64,000 nt of DNA from Terriglobia bacterium (GTDB taxonomy: Bacteria; Acidobacteriota; Terriglobia; Bryobacterales; Bryobacteraceae): contig CAVQNQ010000002.1 in NCBI GenBank assembly GCA_963714205.1, positions 168,478-232,477 on the forward strand, in the 5' to 3' direction. Below, piece after piece: positions 13,664 through 24,300 of the stretch. A program made the position numbers and the translations under genes. Under the pieces are notes generated by a model, which did no database searches, had not been told where the DNA came from, and saw only the letters and a list, made by a program, of their open reading frames with translations. The first letter of the stretch is position 1. Each line of letters opens with the position of its first letter.

Positions 13664-13752
13664 GTGAGTACAAGGATAAGACGGTCTATTACTTAGTGAT
13701 TCAGGTTAACATCCGGCGGAAATGTGCGTCAACCGTCCCGAATGGCCACACT

Positions 13753-15843
13753 TTAATTCGACGACGTGGCGGCCACAGCGCCTTTTCTCACATATTTGTC
13801 GTACCAGGCCAAGTACCTCTCATAGCGGTCGCGGACGTAGCTGGGCCGCTGGATTTCGTGCCCCTCATTTGGGTAGATCACCAGTTGCGTATCGATCCCC
13901 AGGCTCTTGAGCGCCTGGTACATCTGCTGGCCGCCCTGGACCGGCACGTTGAAATCCCGCTCGCCGCCCAGGAACAGCGTGGGCGTGGCGATGCGGTCCG
14001 CGTGCAGAAACGGGTAGGACATTTTCACGTACGTATCGAAGGCCTTCCACGGCGGACCGATCTCGTTATCGTATTGCACGATGTACTGATCGGTCCCGTA
14101 AAGCGCCAGCGGAAACCCGGTACCCGCGCCGCTGGTGGCGGCTTTGAAGCGGTGGTCGCTGGCAATCAGGTAATCGGTCAGCATGCCCCCATAGCTCCAA
14201 CCGCCCACGCCCAGGCGGTCCGGATCGGCAATGCCCATGCGCACGGTGCACTCCACGCCGGCCTGCAAATCTTCCACTTCGAGGTGTCCCCAGTCGGCAG
14301 CTATGGCGCGCGCAAACTTCAGCCCGCGCCCCGCGCTGCCGCGATAATTCACCGCCAGCACCGCGTATCCATGCGCGGCGAAGAACTGGCGCTCGGCGCT
14401 GAAGGAATGCGCGTCCTGCATGTTGGGGCCGCCGTGTATGCGCAGGAGCAGTGGAACGCGGGTCCCGGTCCCGTATCCTACCGGCTTGGTGAGCAGGCCG
14501 TGCACCTCGGCGCCGCCCTTGCTCTGGAAGCTCACCTCTTCGGTCTGGCCGGTCTCGATCGCGGCGAACTGCTCGTCGTTCTGGTGCGTCAACTGGCGCA
14601 GCTTGCCGGCTTCCACTGCGTAAACCTCGGCGGGTTTGGTGTCGGTGGAAACGATCGCGGCCGAACAACCCTTCTGGGCCGTGGGACTCGACAGCACCAC
14701 CGGGGGCGCCATGAGCTTCTCCACCTCGCCGCCGCCCACGCGCACGCGCGCCGGGTAGACCGAGCGGTCGTCGGTTACCAGAAACTCGATCCAGGCGCCG
14801 TCGGCGCTGAAGCGCGGCGCAGAGACTCCACGATCCAGGTTAGCCACCGCCTTCACGACCACGGGCGCGCGCGATCCATCGGCGGCCACCGTGGCCAGCC
14901 GCTCCAAATCGTAAGCGCTCCATTTCTTTTCGTCGCCCGCCAGGAACGCGATGGTCTTGCCATCGGAGTCCCATTCGGCCCTCCCGTGGTCCCCGTGGAT
15001 CAGCGGCGGCGTGATCGGCCTTCCGGTAGCTCCGGGAACGGCATCGGCCACGAAAATCTGCCCCTCTGGATCGCGGTCGGGGTCCTCGTTGGCATTGCTC
15101 GTGTAGGCGATGCGCTGTCCGTCCGGCGACCACACCGGCGAGGCTTCGTCGCGCGTCCCCTTAGTCAGGCGGTCCAACTTCCGGGTGGCAATATCGAACA
15201 GGTAAATGAAGGTGTGGCGGCTCGAGAGCAGGTAGCCCTGCCCATCCTGCTTAAAGTGATACCGGTCGATCACGATCGGCTTGGGCGCCATCCCGCGGCC
15301 TCGCGCAGCTCCGCGGCCGGCCCCCGCGCCACCTCCCGGGCCTAGCGTGAAGGGGGGCACGCCGTTCTCCAGCGCGTCGGCTTCCGGGTCGGGATCGGCG
15401 ACCACCAGTGCCAGACGCTTGGAATCGGGCGACCACTCATAGCTTTGCAGCCGGCCCTGCACCGCCGTAAGTTGGACTGCCTCTCCGCCTTCCCGGTCGA
15501 GCAGCCAAACCTGGTTGCCGCGCGCCTTGCCGGGGCGCGAGGAGAGAAACGCGAGGTATTTCCCATTCAGGCTCCAGCGCGGAAAGCTCTCGCGCGCGCC
15601 GCTCGAGGTCATGCGCAGGTCGCGCTGTCCGTCGAAGCTCACCTCCCACACGTCGGTATCGCGCCGGTCCCCGGCGGTATCGACGGTATCGACGGTATAT
15701 GCTACCCACAGCCCGTCCGGCGAGCATTGCGGGTCGCGCACGTCGCGAATGCGATCGAGGTCGTCAAGCGTGAGCGGATGGCGCGCCGGTTGAGCCACCA
15801 GCGCCAGCGGCATGAGGGCGAGCGCGAGCCGGAATGCGGCCAT
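13753..15843 (-). CDS. S9-family serine peptidase (prolyl oligopeptidase / acylaminoacyl-peptidase type) with an N-terminal beta-propeller; secreted
   Basis: Signal peptide; beta-propeller-like N-terminal repeats; GWSYGG nucleophile elbow; C-terminal Asp/His of an alpha/beta hydrolase. Confidence 0.85.
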   Translation of the reverse strand: MAAFRLALALMPLALVAQPARHPLTLDDLDRIRDVRDPQCSPDGLWVAYTVDTVDTAGDRRDTDVWEVSFDGQRDLRMTSSGARESFPRWSLNGKYLAFLSSRPGKARGNQVWLLDREGGEAVQLTAVQGRLQSYEWSPDSKRLALVVADPDPEADALENGVPPFTLGPGGGAGAGRGAARGRGMAPKPIVIDRYHFKQDGQGYLLSSRHTFIYLFDIATRKLDRLTKGTRDEASPVWSPDGQRIAYTSNANEDPDRDPEGQIFVADAVPGATGRPITPPLIHGDHGRAEWDSDGKTIAFLAGDEKKWSAYDLERLATVAADGSRAPVVVKAVANLDRGVSAPRFSADGAWIEFLVTDDRSVYPARVRVGGGEVEKLMAPPVVLSSPTAQKGCSAAIVSTDTKPAEVYAVEAGKLRQLTHQNDEQFAAIETGQTEEVSFQSKGGAEVHGLLTKPVGYGTGTRVPLLLRIHGGPNMQDAHSFSAERQFFAAHGYAVLAVNYRGSAGRGLKFARAIAADWGHLEVEDLQAGVECTVRMGIADPDRLGVGGWSYGGMLTDYLIASDHRFKAATSGAGTGFPLALYGTDQYIVQYDNEIGPPWKAFDTYVKMSYPFLHADRIATPTLFLGGERDFNVPVQGGQQMYQALKSLGIDTQLVIYPNEGHEIQRPSYVRDRYERYLAWYDKYVRKGAVAATSSN

Positions 15844-15862
15844 GGCGGTAGTTTAACCCCAA

Positions 15863-16363
15863 TCAGTCCGAAACCGCTTCGAAGATCCCGCGTTCGCGGT
15901 TCTTGCGCACCGAGTGCCAATCGAAGCAGCGGCCGTTCATGGCGACATAAACCCCGGCAGGAAGGGTTTGGACGAAGGCCAAGGCCGTGCCCAGGTTGAA
16001 GAGGCCGTCGGAGCTGCCGAACTTGTAAGGAACCATGGCGCCGGTCAGCACGATGGTCTTGCCCGAGATTTCCTTGCCCAGCACCGCGGCGGTCTGCTCC
16101 ATGGTGTCGGTGCCATGGGTGATTACGATGCGGCTTTCGGGCGCTTCCCGGCAGCGCCGCAGGATCAATTGCCGGTCTTCGCCGGTCATCAAAAGGCTGT
16201 CGATCATCATGAGGGTTACCACCTGCACATCCAGGTGGCAGCGCCCCAGTTTGAGCATGTCCGGGAGGTGCGTCTTGTGAAAAAACAACTCGCCATCGAT
16301 CTCGTTGTAGTCCTTATCGAAGGTGCCGCCCGTCACGAAGATGCGGATGCGCTCGGGTGCCAT
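15863..16363 (-). CDS. asparaginase-domain protein (a single domain only, 166 aa)
   Basis: IFVTGGTFDKDY threonine motif of the L-asparaginase / GatD N-domain. The start is chosen at the internal Met (MAPERIRIF), and the annotated ORF extends to 16813. Confidence 0.65.
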   Translation of the reverse strand: MAPERIRIFVTGGTFDKDYNEIDGELFFHKTHLPDMLKLGRCHLDVQVVTLMMIDSLLMTGEDRQLILRRCREAPESRIVITHGTDTMEQTAAVLGKEISGKTIVLTGAMVPYKFGSSDGLFNLGTALAFVQTLPAGVYVAMNGRCFDWHSVRKNRERGIFEAVSD

Positions 16364-16371
16364 TTCGAAGC

Positions 16372-16929
16372 CTACCAGTAGCCGTCCCGCAGCACCACGT
16401 TGCGACAGGACGCGCAGAACTCCGAGCCTCGTACGTCCAGGCACTCCACGCCATGGCAGGAGGACATTACGCAGCGCCAGTCCGCGCAGTGGCGCAAGCC
16501 GAAAGTGTGGCCAATCTCGTGCGCGGCTTCCTTGAGGAGGCGCTCGCGCATGAGTTCCTCGCGGCGCGGCAGGCCATAAAACTCCTCGTTCAGGCGGGCC
16601 GTGGAAACCACCGCGCAGGGGCCTTCGAGCTGCGCCTCCCCGAATACGAAGGTAAGGACCGGCACGTAAAGGTCGTGGCCCGTCACGCCCAGCACGCGCG
16701 CGCCCGGATCGGCGGTACGCTCGAGCCTCTCGATGATGGCCGTGGAATGGTACTGGCGGCGTCCGGCCTCCATCGAAAAGCCGATATCCAGCGTCTCCGG
16801 CCGGATGCGGCACGGCGTGCGGAAGGTGCGGGCCAGTGCGGCCGCCAGGTGCTCCAGCGTGTCCAGGCCGGGATCTGCGGCGCCGTTCCCGGTGGAAAGC
16901 CCGAGCGGGATGAGATGAATGGGCTTCAC
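16372..16929 (-). CDS. amzA: archaemetzincin (M54-family Zn metalloprotease)
   Basis: HEIGHTFGLRHC zinc motif followed by C...C...C...SSCHGVE, the Cys-rich second zinc site typical of archaemetzincins. Confidence 0.85.
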   Translation of the reverse strand: MKPIHLIPLGLSTGNGAADPGLDTLEHLAAALARTFRTPCRIRPETLDIGFSMEAGRRQYHSTAIIERLERTADPGARVLGVTGHDLYVPVLTFVFGEAQLEGPCAVVSTARLNEEFYGLPRREELMRERLLKEAAHEIGHTFGLRHCADWRCVMSSCHGVECLDVRGSEFCASCRNVVLRDGYW

Positions 16930-16939
16930 CGCGTTCGGT

Positions 16940-18304
<1,365 letters not shown>

Positions 18305-18347
18305 TGGCTCCTCCTGCCCCGCGCGGCCGAACTCCGCCGCTTGCCCT

Positions 18348-19940
18348 TCACTCCCGTACCCCCGCCGCAACCGCCGCAACCGGCAGCGTCACGACAAATT
18401 CCGTTCCTTCGCCCCGCGTGGAGCGGACCGAGATCTCGCCCGCGTGCTGCTCCACGATGCTATATGCCACGGCCAACCCCAACCCGGTGCGGTTCTGGTC
18501 GTCCTTGGTGGTGAAGAACGGATCGAAAATCCGCGGCATTATATCCTCCGGAATGCCGCTTCCCGTATCCTTGACCCGCACCGAGATCTGCCCGGTCTCC
18601 GGGTCGAAGGCCGTCGCCACCAGGAGACCGCCCCCCTTGGGCATGGCTTCCGCGGCGTTTACCAGCAGCACCAGCAGCACCTGTTGGATCTGGTTGGCAT
18701 CGCACTCGACCGGCGGCAGACCGGCGGCCAGCGATTCCTCCAGCGCGATGTTCTGGATCTCGAGCCGGTGCTTCACCAGCAGGATGGCGCGGCTCGCGAT
18801 AGTGTTGAGGTCGTCCGGTTCCCGCTGGCCGGGCTGCTGTCGCGAGAAGGTGAGCAGGTTTTTCACCAGGTCGCCGCAGCGTTTGCTCTCGCGCTCGATG
18901 GTGCGCAGTTGCTCGATCAGCTCGTCGCGGCCGACAAACTTCTGCTTGGCCAGCTCGCGCGAGGTCAGCCGCGCGTAGGTCAGAATGCCGAAGAGCGGGT
19001 TATTGATTTCGTGGGCCACGGTGGCCGCCAGCTTGCCGATGGAAGCCATCTTCTCGCTGCTGAGCAGGGTCTTGTGGACGCGCTCGAGCTCGGCGGTCTT
19101 CCGGCGCACCTGCTCTTCGATCTTGGCCTGCACGCCGGCCACTTCGGCGGTCATCTTGTTGAAGGAGGCCGCCAGATCCCCCAACTCGTCGTCGCTGCGC
19201 ACCGGCAGGCGGTATTCGAGATCGCCCCCGGCCACCCGGTGTGTGCCGTCGATCAACTCCTTCACCGGGCGATACACCACCACCCACATGAACGCCACCG
19301 CCGCCGCGCAGCCGAACAGGATGGCGGCGATCAGGAACCAGGTCAGCCGGGCCTGCTGCTGGGCGTTCTGGGCCTCCACGGTGGCCAGCGAGAGATTGGC
19401 GTCGATCACCCCCAGGACGCGCTGAGCCGCGCCGTGCACGTGGCAGGCGGCGTTCGAGCACTCCGGCGCGTTCTCGATGGGGCGGATGACGGCTACCAGG
19501 TGGTGGCCCGAGCGGTCTGTGAACAGGCGCGCGCGGTCCCTGCGGTTCACCTTGGCCAGCGGCGCGGATTGGGCGTGGCACCAGTAGCACGCCTCGGCAC
19601 TCTTATCCACCACCCGGCCGGTCTCCGCACCGTCGGTGGAATACGTGATGCGGCCTTCCGGGTTAAAGATGCGGATGCGCTGGATACCCGGCTCGCTGCC
19701 CAGCTCCTGGATGATGTTGTAGAGCGCGCCGCGATCGTTGTGCAGCATCTGATAGTGCGTGCTCCGTACGATCACGTCGGCCACGCGCTCGGCCGATTGC
19801 TGCACCAGGCTGAGCGAATGGGAGCGCTCCACACGCAGGTTGATGTAGCCGAACAATGTGAAGAAGGCCGCCGTGCTCGCGATCACGCACACCGCGAGCT
19901 TGGCAGCCAGACCCACGCGAAACTTCTTCCCTTGCGTCAT
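18348..19940 (-). CDS. sensor histidine kinase with two TM segments and a periplasmic domain carrying a CXXCH haem-binding motif
   Basis: TM1, a periplasmic domain of about 150 aa containing CYWCH (aa 118-122) and CSNAACH (aa 161-167), TM2, HAMP, HisKA (HEINNPL) and a HATPase_c domain. Confidence 0.85.
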   Translation of the reverse strand: MTQGKKFRVGLAAKLAVCVIASTAAFFTLFGYINLRVERSHSLSLVQQSAERVADVIVRSTHYQMLHNDRGALYNIIQELGSEPGIQRIRIFNPEGRITYSTDGAETGRVVDKSAEACYWCHAQSAPLAKVNRRDRARLFTDRSGHHLVAVIRPIENAPECSNAACHVHGAAQRVLGVIDANLSLATVEAQNAQQQARLTWFLIAAILFGCAAAVAFMWVVVYRPVKELIDGTHRVAGGDLEYRLPVRSDDELGDLAASFNKMTAEVAGVQAKIEEQVRRKTAELERVHKTLLSSEKMASIGKLAATVAHEINNPLFGILTYARLTSRELAKQKFVGRDELIEQLRTIERESKRCGDLVKNLLTFSRQQPGQREPDDLNTIASRAILLVKHRLEIQNIALEESLAAGLPPVECDANQIQQVLLVLLVNAAEAMPKGGGLLVATAFDPETGQISVRVKDTGSGIPEDIMPRIFDPFFTTKDDQNRTGLGLAVAYSIVEQHAGEISVRSTRGEGTEFVVTLPVAAVAAGVRE

Positions 19941-20150
19941 CAGACTGCGGCTGAGTCTTCCATCGCTTCTTCCACACCCACGCCCTTGAAAATGAGGACC
20001 AAAACCGCCATGGACATGAAGGCCTTCAACTCTTTTTTAACAGATAATCAGGCCTAATGTGTAGCAAAATCTTACAGCCGCCTCAAATAGCGAGGAAGAA
20101 CTCGCCAGTGAAGGGCGCGGGCTACACTGTAGGGAAAGGAGTCGCTGGAT

Positions 20151-20585
20151 ATGACCACGCAGAACTACGCCAACCACAGACAGACGGTCCCCATGTTTCA
20201 CTATGTATTGTTGGGGCTGCTCGCGCTCACGCTGATCGGCTCTTTGGTTAACCTGTTTGAATCATTGGGCGACCACGAGCGCCTCTACAACGCCGCGCTG
20301 ATCGTGGCGCTCACTGTTGCCGTTCTGATCCTTTCCTTCCTTTGCCGCATCTTCGCCCTCAAGGCCCAGGACCGCGCCATCCGCGCGGAAGAGAACCTGC
20401 GCCACTTCGTCCTCACCGGCCAACGGCTGGACGCCCGACTGACGATTCGCCAGATCATCGGCCTTCGCTTCGCCCCGGACGACGAGTTCGTCCCGCTGGC
20501 CCGCCGCGCGGCCGAGGAGAACTTGACGCCGGACGCCATCAAACAGGCGGTCAAGAACTGGCGGCCGGACCTGTACCGCGTCTGA
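20151..20585 (+). CDS. hypothetical small membrane protein
   Basis: Two predicted TM helices; transcribed divergently from the kinase operon. Confidence 0.45.
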   Translation: MTTQNYANHRQTVPMFHYVLLGLLALTLIGSLVNLFESLGDHERLYNAALIVALTVAVLILSFLCRIFALKAQDRAIRAEENLRHFVLTGQRLDARLTIRQIIGLRFAPDDEFVPLARRAAEENLTPDAIKQAVKNWRPDLYRV

Positions 20586-20677
20586 CCGGCCGGCCGGAGG
20601 CGGGCATTCGCCGGTAACGGCAGGGCGTTCGCCGAAAAACCGGGGCTTGTTTACGCCCCCAGCCCTACGCTGGGCTC

Positions 20678-21400
20678 GTGACACAATTTCACATTCAACG
20701 CGAGGAGGAAGGCTCCTCCACCACACGGCTGCTGCCCGGTTTGGTCCTGGTGGGCCTCGGCGCTCTGTTTCTGCTCGACAATCTGCACATTGTGGCGTTC
20801 CAGGACTTGTTTAGCTACTGGCCGGCGATCCTGATTGCCATCGGGATCGTAAAACTGGTGGATTCCACCCGCACCGAGGGCCGCATGGCTGGCGGGATAT
20901 TGGCCGCCATCGGAGGGCTGCTGCTGGCGCACAACCTTGGCTACGTGTATCTGGGCTGGAATGCCATCTGGCCGCTGATCCTGATCGGCGCGGGGATCTA
21001 CCTTCTCTTGCAGCGCCTTCCGTGGCGGCCCGCAGTCCCAGTCGGCGTGCGCGACTGGGCCGGAAACGTCCTGGACGAGGTGGCCATTTTCGGCGGAGGC
21101 AAACGAAATATCAACGCCCAGGATTTCCAGGGAGGGCAGATCACGGCCATCTTCGGAGGCGTCGAGGTGGACCTGCGCGACGCCGACATGAAGGGCGATT
21201 CCGCCGTCATCGAGGTCAACTCGATTTTTGGAGGCGCCAGCATCCTCATCCCGCGCAACTGGAGCACAGTCATGCGGGGCGTGGGGGTTTTCGGCGGCTT
21301 TGGCGACGAATCGGTGCAGCCCGATCCGCGCGCGCCGGGAGTCAAGCACCTGATGGTGAAGGGCGCGGCGCTCTTCGGCGGGGTGGTTGTGAAGAACTGA
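20678..21400 (+). CDS. membrane protein with a repeated LiaF-like 'toastrack' beta-domain
   Basis: Four N-terminal TM helices, then a repeated FGG/VFGG pattern (IFGGGK, IFGGVEVDL, IFGGASI, VFGGFGD, LFGGVVV) typical of DUF4097 / LiaF C-terminal domains. GTG start. Confidence 0.6.
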   Translation: MTQFHIQREEEGSSTTRLLPGLVLVGLGALFLLDNLHIVAFQDLFSYWPAILIAIGIVKLVDSTRTEGRMAGGILAAIGGLLLAHNLGYVYLGWNAIWPLILIGAGIYLLLQRLPWRPAVPVGVRDWAGNVLDEVAIFGGGKRNINAQDFQGGQITAIFGGVEVDLRDADMKGDSAVIEVNSIFGGASILIPRNWSTVMRGVGVFGGFGDESVQPDPRAPGVKHLMVKGAALFGGVVVKN

Positions 21401-21406
21401 CGGGCG

Positions 21407-22486
21407 ATGCACCCGATTCTCACCTCCTGGCGCGGCTTCGCCGGCTACCTGCTGGTCTGGGTGGCGGCGGCGGCCCTAATGGTCTGGGTGAGCTGGGCCG
21501 CCGGGGGGTTGTCATGGGCCGATGCCATTGCGGTCCTGTTGCCGGCCTGCGGGGTCTACGCGTTTGTCTGCCTCTCGCCGTGGTACATCGGCCGAGGGCT
21601 GCCGGTGGCTTCCACGGGCGCTACCCAGTTGACCGTTACCTACGTGGCAGCGGCAGCAGCCGCGGGGGCCCTGTTCCTGGGATGCGCCCGCGTCTCCGCG
21701 CAGGTTCTCGGCAGCCTGCCTGCCTTGCGCGGCGTGGAGCTTCGCCTGCACGGCCACCTGGCGCTCCTGTTCGGCATGGGTCTGCTGCTCTACCTGCTCT
21801 CGGCGGGCCTGCATTATGCGGCCCTCGCGATGGAGGCCTCGCGGGAAGCCGAGCGGCGCGCCACCGAGGCCCGCACCCTGGCGCGCGAGGCGGAACTGCA
21901 AGCCCTGCGCATCCAGCTCAATCCCCATTTCCTGTTCAACAGCCTGCATTCCATAGCCGCCCTGGCGACCGCGGATGGCGCGCGGGCCCGCGAAATGTGC
22001 GTCCGCCTGGGCGGTTTTTTGCGCGATAGCCTCGGGCTGGGCGCCCGCGAGAGCATCCCGCTCAGTGAAGAGTTAGCCCTGGCGCGGGGCTACCTGGCGG
22101 TGGAGCAGGTGCGCTTCGGCGGCCGCCTGAAGCTGGAGCTCCAGGTGGAACCGGGATGCGAGGGCTGCCTGACACCCTCGCTCCTGTTGCAGCCGCTGGT
22201 GGAAAACGCCGTCAAGCACGGGATCGCCGGGCTGGTGGAGGGAGGCTCGATCCGGATCGCCGCCCGCCGCACGGGCTCCTGGGTGGCCATCGCCATCGAG
22301 AACGACTTCGACCCGGAAGCGCCCGCCCCCCATAGGAACGGCCTGGGCCTTCGCCACGTCCGCCGGCGCCTGGAAGTGCGCTACGCCGGGGAAGCCGCCT
22401 TCGAAGCCGCGCCCCACGGAGCGGTCTACCGGGTTTCGCTGCGCTTTCCCGCCGAATCGCCCATGGCCGCCAGCAGCCGCGCGTAA
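21407..22486 (+). CDS. LytS/YehU-type sensor histidine kinase
   Basis: N-terminal multi-TM region; LNPHFLFNSLHSIAAL H-box of the His_kinase (PF06580) family; HATPase_c. Confidence 0.85.
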   Translation: MHPILTSWRGFAGYLLVWVAAAALMVWVSWAAGGLSWADAIAVLLPACGVYAFVCLSPWYIGRGLPVASTGATQLTVTYVAAAAAAGALFLGCARVSAQVLGSLPALRGVELRLHGHLALLFGMGLLLYLLSAGLHYAALAMEASREAERRATEARTLAREAELQALRIQLNPHFLFNSLHSIAALATADGARAREMCVRLGGFLRDSLGLGARESIPLSEELALARGYLAVEQVRFGGRLKLELQVEPGCEGCLTPSLLLQPLVENAVKHGIAGLVEGGSIRIAARRTGSWVAIAIENDFDPEAPAPHRNGLGLRHVRRRLEVRYAGEAAFEAAPHGAVYRVSLRFPAESPMAASSRA

Positions 22487-23244
22487 CCCGAGCGGCTCAC
22501 CGGCAGGCGCTTGCCGTCTTCCAGAATGGCGATCCGGCTCTCCTTGCCGTACGGCTCCACGCGCGTGACGCGCTCCAGGTTTACGATCGCCGAGCGGTGA
22601 ATGCGGACGAAGCGGGCTGGATCGAGCGCCGCTTCGAGATCCCCGATGGGCTGCTGCTTCAGGTAGCTCTTGCCCCCGCTGTGCAGAGCCACATAATCGT
22701 CCTGCGCCTCGGCGTAATCCAGCTTTTCCAGCGGAATGACGTGAACGCGCGTGCCGTCCCGCACTACGATGCGCCGCGGGCGGTCCTCGGGCGCGCGCGC
22801 CTCGCGGGCCAGCCCGGCCAGAGGGCTCGCTTCGCCCAGGCGCGCCTTAGCCCGTTCGAGGGCCTTCTCGAAGCGTTCGGCGCCGAACGGCTTCAGCAGG
22901 TAATCCACGGCGTGGGCGTCGAAGGCGCGCATGGCGTGCTGGTCATAGGCGGTCACGAAGACGACGGCCGGCCCGGCGCCCTGCCCGCGCTCGATCAATT
23001 CGAGCACCTCGAAGCCATCCAACTTGGGCATCTGAATATCCAGAAACGCCAGATCCGGCTGCATTTCGGAGATCGCCTTGACGGCTTCGAAGCCGTTGGC
23101 GCACTCCGCCGCGATTTCAATCTCGGGGTGGGCCCGCAGCAATTCCCGCAGGTAGGCACGCGCCAGCTCTTCATCGTCCACAATCACAGCGCGCAGCGTA
23201 CGCTGGTTTACGATTTTAGCCAAAGTTAGGGCTCCACATTCCAT
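22426..23244 (-). CDS. LytTR-family response regulator
   Basis: Receiver domain (AVIVDDE...FLDIQMP) plus a C-terminal LytTR DNA-binding domain. The start is chosen at an internal ATG, and the ORF extends to 23526. Confidence 0.85.
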   Translation of the reverse strand: MECGALTLAKIVNQRTLRAVIVDDEELARAYLRELLRAHPEIEIAAECANGFEAVKAISEMQPDLAFLDIQMPKLDGFEVLELIERGQGAGPAVVFVTAYDQHAMRAFDAHAVDYLLKPFGAERFEKALERAKARLGEASPLAGLAREARAPEDRPRRIVVRDGTRVHVIPLEKLDYAEAQDDYVALHSGGKSYLKQQPIGDLEAALDPARFVRIHRSAIVNLERVTRVEPYGKESRIAILEDGKRLPVSRSGYARLLAAMGDSAGKRSETR

Positions 23245-23331
23245 TCTCGCGCCGGAGCACTTCTGTGCGAGAATTGGAGAACCGGAGATTTTAAGGCCAC
23301 ATCGGTGGCGGGCGGTCGGAAAGGCGATTGA

Positions 23332-23655
23332 GTGAGCGATCAATCCGAAACACCGTTCGACAGCATCGAGGGTTCGCACGAGTATATAGCCCTGCTTGCC
23401 GAGGCGCTCGATGAAGCGCGCCGCGACGTGGAAGAGGACATCGCGCGAGCGGATCGCGAGGGAGCTGAGAGGCGCAAACAAGCCCTCCTGCTGGTTTCTT
23501 TCAATCTCGCCAAGCTCAACCTGCACGTCACCTCCAGCCGAAGGATCCTGAATGACTTGCGGACATTGCGCCGCCTGCTGCTGGCTGAGCGGGATCCGTC
23601 GGCCGCCCCACCATCGGATGAAGTGCCGACCACCGAGGTATCTGATTCGTTCTAG
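23332..23655 (+). CDS. hypothetical acidic helical protein (107 aa)
   Basis: ORF only; transcribed divergently from the LytTR regulator. Confidence 0.35.
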   Translation: MSDQSETPFDSIEGSHEYIALLAEALDEARRDVEEDIARADREGAERRKQALLLVSFNLAKLNLHVTSSRRILNDLRTLRRLLLAERDPSAAPPSDEVPTTEVSDSF

Positions 23656-23694
23656 CCGCCCCTACTTCCGTACGGTTTTTCGCACAGGACACCT

Positions 23695-23722
23695 TGACAA
23701 GCCCTTTGAGAATGCGTACTAT
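23695..23722 (+). promoter_or_regulatory. putative sigma-70 promoter TTGACA-N16-TACTAT upstream of the carD-like gene
   Basis: Read directly: TTGACA at 23695-23700 and TACTAT at 23717-23722, about 60 nt upstream of the start at 23785. Confidence 0.35.
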
Positions 23723-23784
23723 TCTACAGTTGTTTCAACAGAGTCTCGCATTTCTCGACAGTTGCGGTTCGTGGGGGACCGCTT

Positions 23785-24294
23785 ATGACGTTTCAAATCG
23801 GTGACAAAGTCGTCTATCCCAACCAAGGCGTTGGGACCGTTGAGAATATCAGCACGCGATCTTTTGGGGCCGCTCTGGAGAAGTTCTACCTCTTGCGTTT
23901 CGGGGGCAACCGGATGACAGTTATGGTGCCTCTCGCGAACGCGGCCAATATCGGGCTGCGCGGGGTGACCAAAGACCGCCAGATCTCGCGCGTTCTCGCA
24001 TTCCTCTCCAATGGATCCTGCGGCCTCAGTCCGGACTGGAAAGTCCGCTACCGCGAAAACGCCGCCAAAATGCAGAGCGGGAACTTGCTGCAAGCGGCCG
24101 AGGTCCTCAAAGGCCTCCTGCAGCTCCACCTGGACAAGTGCCTCTCCTTCCGGGAGAAGAGCATGCTGGAACGCGCGCGGCACATGCTGGTTTCGGAGAT
24201 CGCCACCGCGCGCGACATTCCGGAATTGCATGCGACGGCCATGCTGCAAAGAGCGCTGGCCAAGGCGGGACTGGTGCTTCCGCCGCCTGAATAG
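23785..24294 (+). CDS. CarD/CdnL-family transcriptional regulator
   Basis: N-terminal FQIGDKVVYPNQGVGTVENI...EKFYLL CarD_TRCF RNAP-interacting domain; 169 aa. Confidence 0.85.
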   Translation: MTFQIGDKVVYPNQGVGTVENISTRSFGAALEKFYLLRFGGNRMTVMVPLANAANIGLRGVTKDRQISRVLAFLSNGSCGLSPDWKVRYRENAAKMQSGNLLQAAEVLKGLLQLHLDKCLSFREKSMLERARHMLVSEIATARDIPELHATAMLQRALAKAGLVLPPPE

Positions 24295-24300
24295 CCGGCG

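Noticed and set aside
22426-23526. Long N-terminal extensions of several ORFs (LytTR regulator to 23526, aroA to 5233, dapF to 25272, cysK to 56255, asparaginase-like to 16813, VWA to 42222)
   Set aside because: The extensions precede the conserved domain start and lack an RBS. They are Arg/Gly-rich. Internal ATG or GTG codons that have an RBS or a start/stop overlap were used for these genes.
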